A stretch of 60,509 bases of DNA from an uncultured Candidatus Sumerlaeota bacterium. GTDB lineage: Bacteria > CAYMEV01. The position numbers and the translations under genes are program-made. How positions within the stretch are numbered: position 1 is the stretch's first letter; every line of letters starts with the position of its first letter. Positions 49,358-59,286 of the stretch are shown here, piece after piece. The DNA lies in contig CAYMEV010000011.1 of NCBI GenBank assembly GCA_964389675.1, positions 62,001 to 122,509 of the forward strand, read 5' to 3'. The notes beneath the pieces are model-generated. The model made no database searches, had not been told where the DNA came from, and saw only the letters and a list, made by a program, of their open reading frames with translations.

Positions 49358-50431
49358 CTATACCTTCAATAAAAAGCTGTCATCCCTTTTAATGCTGTAT
49401 AGCAGGTTGTTTATAAGTTCAGATGTAGCATCAAGATCATCCAATGATCCGACTTCTGACTGATGATGCATATACCTCAACGGGATATCTATCTGTGCAG
49501 CAGCAATATCCCCCGCTACCTGAATCACATTTGCATCTACAGGGGCCGGTTTTGCATAAGCTCTCAGCTGGTATGGTATCTGAGCTTCTTTTGCAGCTTT
49601 CTCAATAATATTAAAAAGCTTCGGATTGGTATTCGGGCCCCTTGTGATTATTGGCCCCTTACCAAGCTTAACATCCCCTGACCTTGTTTTGATGCATCCT
49701 GGTATATCCATGCTGTCCCCGACATCAATGGATATTCCAGCCTTCAGTCTGATATTCCGGCTCATAAAGGTTTTTATTCCCCGGAATCCGGATTCTTCCT
49801 GAGCAGTAAAGAGAAAATATACAGGTATATCGAGTTTTGAAGGATCAATGGCCAATATGGATTTTACCAGCGCCATCACACCTATCTTATCATCAAGGGA
49901 CCGTGATGCAATACGGTTATTCATCAGCTGGACAGGGCCCTTGTCAATGACCACCGGGTCGCCTACCGAAACAAACTTCAGCGCTTCATCCCTTGATGAT
50001 GCACCGATATCTATCCAGATAGAGTCTATTTCTGTCTCGGACTGCTTTGAGTCTTTACCTGATTTATCCTTGTATTTATTCCCAATTATACCCCTGGCAA
50101 TTCCATTCGCATTATAGATCCTTACATGCTCCGATATAATCTTGTTCGGGTCAGCTCCATACCCATTGGTGAGGTAGATGAGCCCGTCATCATCTATATA
50201 CTTGACTGCGAAACCGATCTCATCAATATGTGCTGCAAGTATGATACCGGATTCATCCCTGTTTTTACTGTTTATTACAGCACAAAAATTATTAATTGAG
50301 TCTGTTATAATATTATCTACTTTACTTTTTATATAATTGTGGACTATTTTCTGAGCCTGTACCTCATAACCGGAAATACTGCATACATCAGATATCTCCT
50401 CCATAAACTTAAAAGGTGAAAATCCATTCAT
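49358..50431 (-). CDS. M42 family metallo-aminopeptidase
   Basis: AAHIDEIG, SLDDKIG, QEESG, SIDV and IPLRYMH. GAGGAG RBS. Confidence 0.9.
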   Translation of the reverse strand: MNGFSPFKFMEEISDVCSISGYEVQAQKIVHNYIKSKVDNIITDSINNFCAVINSKNRDESGIILAAHIDEIGFAVKYIDDDGLIYLTNGYGADPNKIISEHVRIYNANGIARGIIGNKYKDKSGKDSKQSETEIDSIWIDIGASSRDEALKFVSVGDPVVIDKGPVQLMNNRIASRSLDDKIGVMALVKSILAIDPSKLDIPVYFLFTAQEESGFRGIKTFMSRNIRLKAGISIDVGDSMDIPGCIKTRSGDVKLGKGPIITRGPNTNPKLFNIIEKAAKEAQIPYQLRAYAKPAPVDANVIQVAGDIAAAQIDIPLRYMHHQSEVGSLDDLDATSELINNLLYSIKRDDSFLLKV

Positions 50432-50690
50432 CAGTGTAAACTCCTCTTATAGTATTTTGCTATTATTTCATATATTAAATTTTCAAATATAGCAATGAAT
50501 TTTTTGCATAAATATCGCAAAATATATAGCAGAGATGGCAATTAAAGCAGATATTGCGCATAAAACAGCAGTGGACAATTCATCTTCTGCAGTACGTGCC
50601 AGCCCTTCTGCCTTCTTTTATTTCCCTTTTTTCAGCAGTTATTTTTATGATCCAGAGGCGGCATCTGTACTGACAGAAGCCGGTCTTTGA

Positions 50691-51152
50691 TCATCCGGCA
50701 TATACCTTATACCTGCCTTCCAGCTTTTCTATGAAAAGATCGCAGAAATCGATAAATTCTGAACTTTCTCCTTCTTTCCCGCTTAAGAAAATCGTTTTTA
50801 CAAAATCCTGCCCTGCACATTCATATATCTTCCCTGCAGTATCCTTGTCAATCCCCTGCTTATCCAGGCTGAGATAGATGCAGACAATACTGTGCACATT
50901 CTGAAGGAGCTGGTATTTCAATCTCCACAGGATATCCCTTTCACTGCAGTGACTGTATTTGAAACTGCACCTGTCAACAGGCAGTCTCCTGCATCCGTCA
51001 GGCAGCTCTATATTCTGATCGGTAAGGATTATATCCCCGACATTCTCCAGGTATCCCAGTTTATGGTTTTCCCTGATCTTTTCATTTCTGTACTCATTTA
51101 TACGGCTCTGCAGATAGCTTTGGTATTCAGATTCTTTAAGGCTTATAAGCAA
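50691..51152 (-). CDS. Hypothetical protein
   Basis: 153-aa ORF starting 10 nt after the pepA stop. No motif recognised. Confidence 0.5.
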   Translation of the reverse strand: MLISLKESEYQSYLQSRINEYRNEKIRENHKLGYLENVGDIILTDQNIELPDGCRRLPVDRCSFKYSHCSERDILWRLKYQLLQNVHSIVCIYLSLDKQGIDKDTAGKIYECAGQDFVKTIFLSGKEGESSEFIDFCDLFIEKLEGRYKVYAG

Positions 51153-51161
51153 AACTGTATT

Positions 51162-52706
51162 CTACCTTCTTCCGCCTATTTTAAACAGGGTATTTCCGCG
51201 GCTTATCAGATTTTCGAAAAACTCCAGAAAAAGCCTGACGCCATGTCCTGATGCACCCTTTGGAGAGAGTGCAGTCTCCTCATCAAGCCATGTTACCCCT
51301 GCAATATCAAAATGAATCCATGGCGTCTCTTTTACAAAATAACTCAGGAAAGCACCTGCGGTTATTGCACCCGCTTCCCTTCCCCCATGGTTCTTAATGT
51401 CTGCAACAGGGCTTTCAAGCTGTCTTTTGTAGATTTCCCAGAGGGGCAGCTGCCAGATCCTCTCATTAATGTTTTCACCGGCCTGAATAAAAAAGTCTAC
51501 CAGTTCCCTGGAATTTGTTACTGCTCCTATTGCATGCCTTCCCAATGCTATGGTACATGCTCCTGTAAGAGTTGCTACATCAACCATGATATCGGGGTCA
51601 AGCTTCTCCCCGTAGCATAGTGCATCCATCAGCACCAGCCTTCCCTCTGCATCAGTATCAATGACCTCGACGTTAATGCCATTCATTGCTTTAATGACAT
51701 CCCCTGGTTTCAGCGAGGTACTGCTTATCATGTTTTCACACAGCGGCAGAACTCCGATAAGATTTATCTTCAGGCCCAGCCTTGCCGCGGTCATTATTGC
51801 GTATAGAACAACAGCTGCACCTGCCATATCATCCTTCATCCTGTACATACCCTGGGAGTCCTTCAGTGATATCCCCCCGCTGTCAAAAGTAAGGCCTTTT
51901 CCGATAAGGACTACAGGTTTCTCCTGTCCTGCCCCTGTGTACCTTATATCTACAAGCCTGGGCTTGTTTACTGATGCCCTTCCGACTGAATAGAGGCCCT
52001 TCATTTTCATGTCAAGTATCTGCTTATCATTATAGACTGTACATTCCACACCCTTTATGGAGGTCATTTTCCTGGCTTTCTCTGCAATATATCTTGGGGT
52101 AACTATATTGGAGGGAAGGTTAATTATATCCCTGGCGGTATATACTCCATCCGCAATTATATCCGCTCTTTTCATCCCGTTTTCTGCAAGCCCTGCTACT
52201 GCCTGGTCAGGTTCTATTATATTGATCCTTTCAATATCAAAAAGCTTCTTTTCCTTCAGTGTAAGATTGTGTGAGAACTGGTACAACCCAAGCTTTGTTC
52301 CTAGAATTATGGCCTCTGTAAGCTTTTGGGCAGGAATTCCCAATGTCTTTGCATGGATTACGGTACTGAATTCCTTAAGCTGGAATTTTCTGATCACCTT
52401 TGCAAGAAGGCCTGATAATTCAGCCAGTTTAACAAGAGAAAAATCCTCCCTTGAACCGAGTCCAAGCAGAAATATCCTTTTTGGGCCGTAATCATCATTG
52501 GTATAAGCCCAGTCAGCCTCACCGTAATTGCCCCTGAAATCACCATGAGTAAGCATAGGCTGTATGGTTTTATAGAATTTATAAAACGGGTCTTTTATAT
52601 CTATGCTTTCCGTAAAGGAAGGCCTTAGATCTGAAAAAAATGAGATAACAAGTCCCTGAGTATCAACTGACTCATAACTGCTGTTGATAATCCTTGATTT
52701 TATCAT
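51162..52706 (-). CDS. pepA: Leucyl aminopeptidase (M17)
   Basis: GKGLTFDSGGISLK, MKDDMAG, DTDAEGRL, ATLTGA and HFDIAG. Confidence 0.95.
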   Translation of the reverse strand: MIKSRIINSSYESVDTQGLVISFFSDLRPSFTESIDIKDPFYKFYKTIQPMLTHGDFRGNYGEADWAYTNDDYGPKRIFLLGLGSREDFSLVKLAELSGLLAKVIRKFQLKEFSTVIHAKTLGIPAQKLTEAIILGTKLGLYQFSHNLTLKEKKLFDIERINIIEPDQAVAGLAENGMKRADIIADGVYTARDIINLPSNIVTPRYIAEKARKMTSIKGVECTVYNDKQILDMKMKGLYSVGRASVNKPRLVDIRYTGAGQEKPVVLIGKGLTFDSGGISLKDSQGMYRMKDDMAGAAVVLYAIMTAARLGLKINLIGVLPLCENMISSTSLKPGDVIKAMNGINVEVIDTDAEGRLVLMDALCYGEKLDPDIMVDVATLTGACTIALGRHAIGAVTNSRELVDFFIQAGENINERIWQLPLWEIYKRQLESPVADIKNHGGREAGAITAGAFLSYFVKETPWIHFDIAGVTWLDEETALSPKGASGHGVRLFLEFFENLISRGNTLFKIGGRR

Positions 52707-52945
52707 AAAGAAACTCCTTAATATAATTAGTAATCCGTAAATATAACCTATTCTACCTGTTTGCTGCCAGAAAAAAAGAAAAAATACGATATACCCTCAT
52801 TTATTACAGGCATAATAGAGGAAGGCCATAAAAACTGATCAGCTATGTGAATTACCATAAAAATACAGGATTGCAGCTTATAATAAAATGGCATATTGCG
52901 TTTTGTATTTACAAAACATGCAAATGGTATAATTATTTATCTTCT

Positions 52946-54043
52946 ATGAAACCCTATAGACTATTTGCAGTTGTTCAGCCCGGCCTGGAGAAGATCGCAA
53001 AAATGGAGCTGGAAAAGGAAGCCTCAGGTAATTTTGCTGAATATCCGGGAGGATTTGAATTTATCGGCCATAACTCTTCCATTTACAGGCTCAATAATAC
53101 ACTAAGGACAATAAGCAGAATACTTATAAGGCTGTCTGAGTTCTATGCAGATTCATTCTGGATGCTTGAAAAAAATATAATGAAGCTCGACTGGGGACAA
53201 TTTATTAATGAACAGGCCCCTGTAATAAGGGTAAATACACACTCTTCAAAGCTTTATCACAGGGATGCAATAAAGGAAAGGGTAATCAATGCAATTAAAA
53301 TGAGCTTAAAAAGGGACCTGACAGATACATCTGAAAATAAAAAGCCAATTCTGTTAGTGATCAATATACGAGAGAACCTTGTCTCCGTGAATATCGACAC
53401 TTCCGGGGAGCACCTGCATAAAAGAGGCTATGCAGACTGGAAGTCATCTGCGCCTATCAGGGAAACAATAGCTTCAGCAATGGTATTATCAAGCCTTAAT
53501 AAGACTTCCATAAAAAGGCTTGTGGACCCCATGTGCGGTTCAGGAACGATAATTTTTGAAACTGCGGCAATACTTATGAATCTCCCTCTTTATCCTTACA
53601 GGAATTTTGCCTTTGAGGATTTCCCCTGTTTCCAGGAAACTATATATCATTCAGTAAAATCTCAATTATCCGATGCAATTTTACCATTAAGAACAGATCT
53701 ATACGGCTATGATATAAGCAGGAAGGCAATAGATACTGCAACTCATAATATCTGCAGGATGAAACTTCAAAACTATATATATCTCCAAAAAAAGGACTGC
53801 ATGAATATTCCCTCCAAAGAGTTCTCCAATTCTGTTGTAATTACAAATCCGCCCTATGGAGAAAGGCTTCCAGCCCGCAATACAGGAAGATCAATAGACC
53901 ATTTATACTCCATCAGGAAAAAGGGCCATATATCCAGCCTGTCTTTCATTATCCCTTCCTCTCATCAAAAATACAAACATATGCTTTCAGCTGATTTCAA
54001 AACCAGGAACGGAGGCATTCCCGTAAACTGTTTTTCATACTGA
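52946..54043 (+). CDS. THUMP-domain SAM-dependent RNA methyltransferase (RlmL-N/YpsC-like)
   Basis: PGLE..A..EL, LHKRGY, APIRETIA, DPMCGSGTI and ITNPPYGERL. Start taken as ATG 52946, downstream of TGGTATAAT. Confidence 0.85.
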   Translation: MKPYRLFAVVQPGLEKIAKMELEKEASGNFAEYPGGFEFIGHNSSIYRLNNTLRTISRILIRLSEFYADSFWMLEKNIMKLDWGQFINEQAPVIRVNTHSSKLYHRDAIKERVINAIKMSLKRDLTDTSENKKPILLVINIRENLVSVNIDTSGEHLHKRGYADWKSSAPIRETIASAMVLSSLNKTSIKRLVDPMCGSGTIIFETAAILMNLPLYPYRNFAFEDFPCFQETIYHSVKSQLSDAILPLRTDLYGYDISRKAIDTATHNICRMKLQNYIYLQKKDCMNIPSKEFSNSVVITNPPYGERLPARNTGRSIDHLYSIRKKGHISSLSFIIPSSHQKYKHMLSADFKTRNGGIPVNCFSY

Positions 54044-54071
54044 GCAAGGTCTGTCATTTTATATTTTAAAC

Positions 54072-54100
54072 TTGCCATTAAATGCTATAATTTCTATAAT
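54072..54100 (+). promoter_or_regulatory. sigma70 promoter
   Basis: TTGCCA-17 nt-TATAAT, upstream of the AGGA RBS and ATG 54137. Confidence 0.6.
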
Positions 54101-54136
54101 CAGCAAGGATTTAAAAATTTATAATTAGGATTTTTC

Positions 54137-55441
54137 ATGGACAGGCGCGAATTTTTGAAAAACATTGCTGCTGCCGGTATAATTGCCTCACTGGGAAAAC
54201 ATGCCACTGCCGGGAAAACGGCAGTATCTAGTAGTTTCAACAGGCCGGAAGGAAGAAATACATTAGTATTTATAAGTGATCTGCACATGAATATAAGTTC
54301 AGGATATTCATGGCTTTCAGATCATATTCAACCCCTCGCAGACTTTCTCTCAGGCTTAAACACAAGAACAGATGTATCTGAACTGATAATACTCGGGGAC
54401 CTGGTTGACAACTGGGTAACCCCGGTAGATGCATCACCCCAGTCATTTTCTGATATTCTCTCAGACAGTATAAACACTCCTGTTATTTCAGCACTGCAGA
54501 ATATCTGCAGTAATCCGGATATAAAAGTCACATATGTTACAGGCAACCATGATATGCTGAACTTTGAACCGGAAAATCAGAATATCCTTCTGTCCTTTTT
54601 CCCTGATATGAAGATAATTACAAATAGCCCCGGCTATGGATCATATGCACTGGATAACATACTATGGGCTGAACACGGGCACCGCTACTGCCTGTTCAAT
54701 GCCCCTGACACATGGAGCAGGAATAACGGGAATATTCCTTTGGGCTATTTTATTACAAGGCTTGCAGCATCACGTTCATTATCAGATAACCAGGTACATA
54801 CCACTCCTGAGGTACTTGATTATTTCATGAAGCTTCCGGGTGAAGAACTGAACAGAATATTAGCTGAATATAAAGGCCAGAGCATCAAAGCCCCTGAAAA
54901 GGGAATAGTAGAGGATGCACTTATTATTGCTGTATATGAAGCCATCTCTGTCTGGGCAGGGATAGCCCCATGGGACAGGTATATTATGAACGGCCTGGAT
55001 AACTGGGATACAAATCCTCTTGTAGCAAGCATAGGGATTATATATGATGAGATCTTCTCAAAATGGCCTGACAGACAGGATATCGTAGGCAATATTGAAG
55101 CAGTCCTGGATGACATAGGCCACCTTGGAGGCGCTGCCAACCTTCTCTTTGAGATGCCTCCGTGGCTAAAGAAAAGCTACCCTTTTACTCCCGGGATCGT
55201 ATTGTTCGGGCATACTCATCATGCTGCCATGCAGTACCATGCTGAAGGGAATGGTACAATATATGCAAATACAGGAACATGGATTGATAAGTCACCAATG
55301 TCATGGGTTGAAGTGATAATCGATAATAATTCTAACAGCCGTCAATATACGGTAGATCTATGGTTTCACGGAGACAGTGAACCCAAGCAGTCGGCCTCCA
55401 TCTCAGTCCCAGCTGATAAAGATAATATACAGAAAAGATAA
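54137..55441 (+). CDS. Tat-exported calcineurin-like metallophosphoesterase
   Basis: MDRREFLK twin-arginine signal. ISDLH, LGDLVD, TGNHD, EHGH, FGHTH and NTGTW. Confidence 0.88.
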   Translation: MDRREFLKNIAAAGIIASLGKHATAGKTAVSSSFNRPEGRNTLVFISDLHMNISSGYSWLSDHIQPLADFLSGLNTRTDVSELIILGDLVDNWVTPVDASPQSFSDILSDSINTPVISALQNICSNPDIKVTYVTGNHDMLNFEPENQNILLSFFPDMKIITNSPGYGSYALDNILWAEHGHRYCLFNAPDTWSRNNGNIPLGYFITRLAASRSLSDNQVHTTPEVLDYFMKLPGEELNRILAEYKGQSIKAPEKGIVEDALIIAVYEAISVWAGIAPWDRYIMNGLDNWDTNPLVASIGIIYDEIFSKWPDRQDIVGNIEAVLDDIGHLGGAANLLFEMPPWLKKSYPFTPGIVLFGHTHHAAMQYHAEGNGTIYANTGTWIDKSPMSWVEVIIDNNSNSRQYTVDLWFHGDSEPKQSASISVPADKDNIQKR

Positions 55442-55444
55442 AGG

Positions 55445-56581
55445 CTATTTAAGCCTGATAGCTCCCTCAGGGCACATTTCCTGACAGCAGTAGCACCTTA
55501 TGCACTTATGGTAATCAATCTCTACAGACTTTCCGTACTCCTTGCCGGGTTTGGATTTGAACCTGATCGCATCAGCCGGGCATGACTTGATACAGATACC
55601 GCATCTTGTGCATATTCTATCGTTAACCCTTGGAAAAATCAGTATAAACCTGTCAATTATCCTGTGGACAAAACCGGGCAGTTTATAGAATGTAAGGCGG
55701 TTTTTCCTTGGAGGCTTGAAATCTTTGATCTTCAGGCTTTCAATTGATTCTCCCTCTATTTCAATATTTTCAATGCTATACTCGGGAATGCCCAGTTTGA
55801 TCCCTGAATCTATTACAGGGACATCTTCCGGCTTAAACCTGACTATATCACAAATCACCCTGTCAAGGGAATGAGCACTTTCTGAGGCTGATAAAAACCC
55901 TGTTTTTCTCCCCTGGCCTGATTGAGGCCCATTACCCTCCATGCTGTAAACTGCATCCAGTATGTTCAATGATGGTGAAGCGAACCTGCAGAGGTCTATC
56001 AGAAACCTCGCAAATACGCTGTAGTCATCCTTTGCTGCCATATGCCAGTGCAGTTTCTTATAGCCGGAAACAACACCGAACATATTCTTTACAGCAAGGG
56101 TAAGCATCATCATTCCATGAGTCTTGAGCTTTGCCAGGTTGATGATCCTGTCATAATCCAGGATATGGCTGTCCATCTCAATCTTCTTAAAAAGGTAACC
56201 ATCTTCAAAAGGATATTCCTTCGGGCTGTCAAACTCGATTATTGGTACTGAATGCCTCCTGCAGACCTCATAATAACCTGCCCTTTTTGAATTCCACACA
56301 GCAGAACCGAAACCGGGGCTGTCACCCAGTTCAGGCTTCCCTCCGCATTCCCTGACAAGATTGATAACTGCTTCAATGACCGAGGGATGAGTATTCACAC
56401 AATTCTCGGGCGGCTTCCCTATCAATATATTCGGTTTCAGCAGTACCCTGTCCCCGCTTCTGACAAAAGCCTCGATCCCTCCGAGAAGGTCAATGCTTTT
56501 TTTCAGGGCTGTATGGACTTCTTCCAGATTATATGAATCGCATTTTACCAGAGATACTTTGTATTTTCCCATAGCTTTCAT
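55445..56581 (-). CDS. DUF362 domain protein with a C-terminal 2x[4Fe-4S] ferredoxin
   Basis: LLKPN, THPSVI, KLKTH...TLAVKNMFG and MEGNGP, plus two CxxCxxCxxxCP motifs. Confidence 0.88.
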   Translation of the reverse strand: MKAMGKYKVSLVKCDSYNLEEVHTALKKSIDLLGGIEAFVRSGDRVLLKPNILIGKPPENCVNTHPSVIEAVINLVRECGGKPELGDSPGFGSAVWNSKRAGYYEVCRRHSVPIIEFDSPKEYPFEDGYLFKKIEMDSHILDYDRIINLAKLKTHGMMMLTLAVKNMFGVVSGYKKLHWHMAAKDDYSVFARFLIDLCRFASPSLNILDAVYSMEGNGPQSGQGRKTGFLSASESAHSLDRVICDIVRFKPEDVPVIDSGIKLGIPEYSIENIEIEGESIESLKIKDFKPPRKNRLTFYKLPGFVHRIIDRFILIFPRVNDRICTRCGICIKSCPADAIRFKSKPGKEYGKSVEIDYHKCIRCYCCQEMCPEGAIRLK

Positions 56582-56795
56582 TCCTGATTGTAAATGGTCT
56601 GCAGGTCTGAGATTTTAATTGTTATTCCAATAAAATCAATATTTTATTCAGCAATTCAACTTCACCTGTTTACCTTTTACAATTAATAATAGTTTTCCTG
56701 GAAATATTACTGGATGTATTTAGACTGCTCTCAAATCCATTCATTTAAGGCCAGGAAATACCCGATGTAAAATCATTATAATAGATGGCTGACCA

Positions 56796-58202
56796 TCAGT
56801 CCAGCTTCCTGATCGAGTTGAGTATTCTTCTGTATATATCAAGCTCGGTCTCATCTTCATAAAAGCTGTACCTGTTTTTTGAATACAGGTATTCAAGTGC
56901 TTCCCTGTCTGTCCCTATATGCCAGCATGATGGAGGGGGCTGCCCTTCATCATACCTCTCGGATACATAACCGCCATTATAATAGCGAAATATACTATAG
57001 CCTTCCTTATCAGACATGTATTGCCCCTGGCCATTCTTAAGCCTTGAGATTATCTCCTGCTTTGTCTTTACAAGCTCTTTATAGCTCTCCAGATTTTTAT
57101 AATCCTTTCTTGCATTGCTGTTAAGAAGCACTGCTGTCTTAAGATAACCCTTTTCAAGCGCAATATCATAGGCAGTCTTTTTGTTTTTATCCCTTAAAGA
57201 AGTATCTGCACGGCACTGAATAAGGGCCTTTGCAATCTTGTGCCTGTCATTCCTTACAGAGATCAAAAGCGGGGTATCACCCTGTTTATCTATTATATCC
57301 GGATCAGACCCGTTTTCAACAAGAATACTTACTGCATCAGCATTCCTTTTCAGGTCCGTATTCCCTGCAAGGTAATGCAATGCTGTCTTTCCCGTGCTGT
57401 CTATCGCATTCACATCTGACCCTGCTTTTATAAGCATCCTTACAGCTCCCGGCCCGCACCTGTTTGAACATAGAACATGGAGAGCGCTTTTGTCATCATC
57501 ATTTACTGCTGTCACATCAGCTCCCCTGGAAAGCAGGTACTTTGCACCCCTTTCGCTGTAATTTCCTTTAAGATAAAGCATCAATGCAGTATTTCCCCGG
57601 CTGTCTGAATCATTTACCAGGGCTCCATGGCTTATATTAAGCTTTAATATATCCAGTTCCCCGCATGCGACAATGTTCAGCCATGCAGTTGTAAAGCTTC
57701 CGTCACCGTAAAAGATCCTCCTGTTGCAATCAGCTCCATTCTTAAGGAAAAACTCTACAGTATCATGGTCATGAGACCTGTATGCAAGAAAGAATGCAGG
57801 GAATCCCTGCTCATCACATGCATTTATGTCAGCCCCATGCTCTACCAGCTCCTTTATCCTGTCCAGCATCTTATATGACCTTATGCATGAAGCATCAAGG
57901 AGTAGCTCATTCAGCTCATCCATGTCTAATTTATTATAATCCAGAGGCTTATCCCAGTTCTCTATAAAACAAACCAGTTCATCCCTTGCCTTTTTCAGCT
58001 TCTTTATTTCTCTGTCTGTCAGATTATGCCCGTGGAGTTCCTCTGTTATTATATCCCTGAATACCCGCCTTACTTCAGGGACTTCAACATTTATGCCGTT
58101 TGATCTCAGTATCCTTGCGCATGCATGGTATCTAACCAGGTAATCTTCATCCAGGATCAGTTCAAGGTCATCTTTATTTATCATTCCAAAATCCTTATGC
58201 AA
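56796..58202 (-). CDS. Ankyrin-repeat protein
   Basis: About 7 repeats (GADINA.D..G, GNTALM, KSALH, GKTALH, GDTPL, KTAYD) with unique N- and C-terminal regions. Start may be ATG 58184. Confidence 0.88.
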   Translation of the reverse strand: MHKDFGMINKDDLELILDEDYLVRYHACARILRSNGINVEVPEVRRVFRDIITEELHGHNLTDREIKKLKKARDELVCFIENWDKPLDYNKLDMDELNELLLDASCIRSYKMLDRIKELVEHGADINACDEQGFPAFFLAYRSHDHDTVEFFLKNGADCNRRIFYGDGSFTTAWLNIVACGELDILKLNISHGALVNDSDSRGNTALMLYLKGNYSERGAKYLLSRGADVTAVNDDDKSALHVLCSNRCGPGAVRMLIKAGSDVNAIDSTGKTALHYLAGNTDLKRNADAVSILVENGSDPDIIDKQGDTPLLISVRNDRHKIAKALIQCRADTSLRDKNKKTAYDIALEKGYLKTAVLLNSNARKDYKNLESYKELVKTKQEIISRLKNGQGQYMSDKEGYSIFRYYNGGYVSERYDEGQPPPSCWHIGTDREALEYLYSKNRYSFYEDETELDIYRRILNSIRKLD

Positions 58203-59250
58203 GCATCCTTATTCATATAATTCTTACCACATATCCCTATAATTATATAAATAATACTGAAAATTCTATATATTTCTGAAGGATCTTACTTATTTTAATT
58301 TAATCTTCCTTATGCTTATACCAGTTCTAAATATATTTTTTATGAGTGCACTACCACAGCTGAAGATACAGAAACTAAATAATAACACCTATCCGTTGAT
58401 TTTTGAAAAAATATAGCATGGATTTTACAAATAATTTTTAATTTCCATAAGAATATCTGGAGAATACGCAATAAAAGACCTTGACTTGGACTAACAGTTT
58501 CCTGAGTATTCTATCCGTTTGAGTACCAAGTTTAAAATCATATTTCTCTAAATAAGCTACTATTGTACTGACCCAGCCTGTTGCAGCAGCAAACAATAAT
58601 ATTATAAAGCAATCTCTATTGTTAATTGCATAATAGATATGACCGTCTTATTGGTATCAGTCATAAAAAAGATATCCATGTAATTAAAACAAAAACGAAA
58701 TGTCTCACAAACAAATGGTATTAACAGGTGCAAATAGTAGGTATGGAAGAATTAAAGGGATTTCCATTTAGTACTTATTGCTCAGAACACCAGTATTATG
58801 CTTTTATTTCACGTAAAGGGAAACTTTTTTTCTACAGATAGGTGATATTTATGTCCGCTTTTTTCTCATTGGTTCTATTAGGGTTATATAAAATAAATAC
58901 GAATTTAAACCTAATTTCTATATTTACTTTTTGTCTCACATAAGCATAAGAAATTATCCTAATAGATTGCTCCAACTATTCTATAAGGGAAAATATCGGA
59001 TTCAAGAAAACTTTTCCAAATGATGGCACTGAGTATGACTTAAAGCATCTACCAAAGCTGAATACCATAGAAATTAGGAGCATTAAATTGCAAATTGCAA
59101 AATATAGATTCATGGTTGCTTCCATATTTTAATAAGATCCTTAATGAAATAACCCGAACAGGGCGGGAAATGAGAGGAAATAACCCTTTCCCTGATAATG
59201 ATTGGGTACATATACTCAAAATACTGAGAAACAGCATTTTTAAAAATCCA

Positions 59251-59278
59251 TTGACATTCAAAGATTTATTTTTATTCT
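59251..59278 (+). promoter_or_regulatory. sigma70 promoter directly before the ATG (leaderless candidate)
   Basis: TTGACA-16 nt-TATTCT, then 8 nt to ATG 59287. No SD. Confidence 0.55.
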
Positions 59279-59286
59279 ACCCTAAT

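Noticed and set aside
50432-50690. Possible small gene or RNA between the M42 peptidase and the pepA-linked ORF
   Set aside because: Only short frames without a convincing start, and no recognisable RNA motif.
52847-52945. N-terminal extension of the THUMP methyltransferase
   Set aside because: It spans a promoter-like TGGTATAAT, and family similarity begins at MKPYRLF.
59095-59286. N-terminal extension of the last SGNH gene
   Set aside because: It contains a TTGACA/TATTCT promoter, and the TM anchor begins just after ATG 59287.
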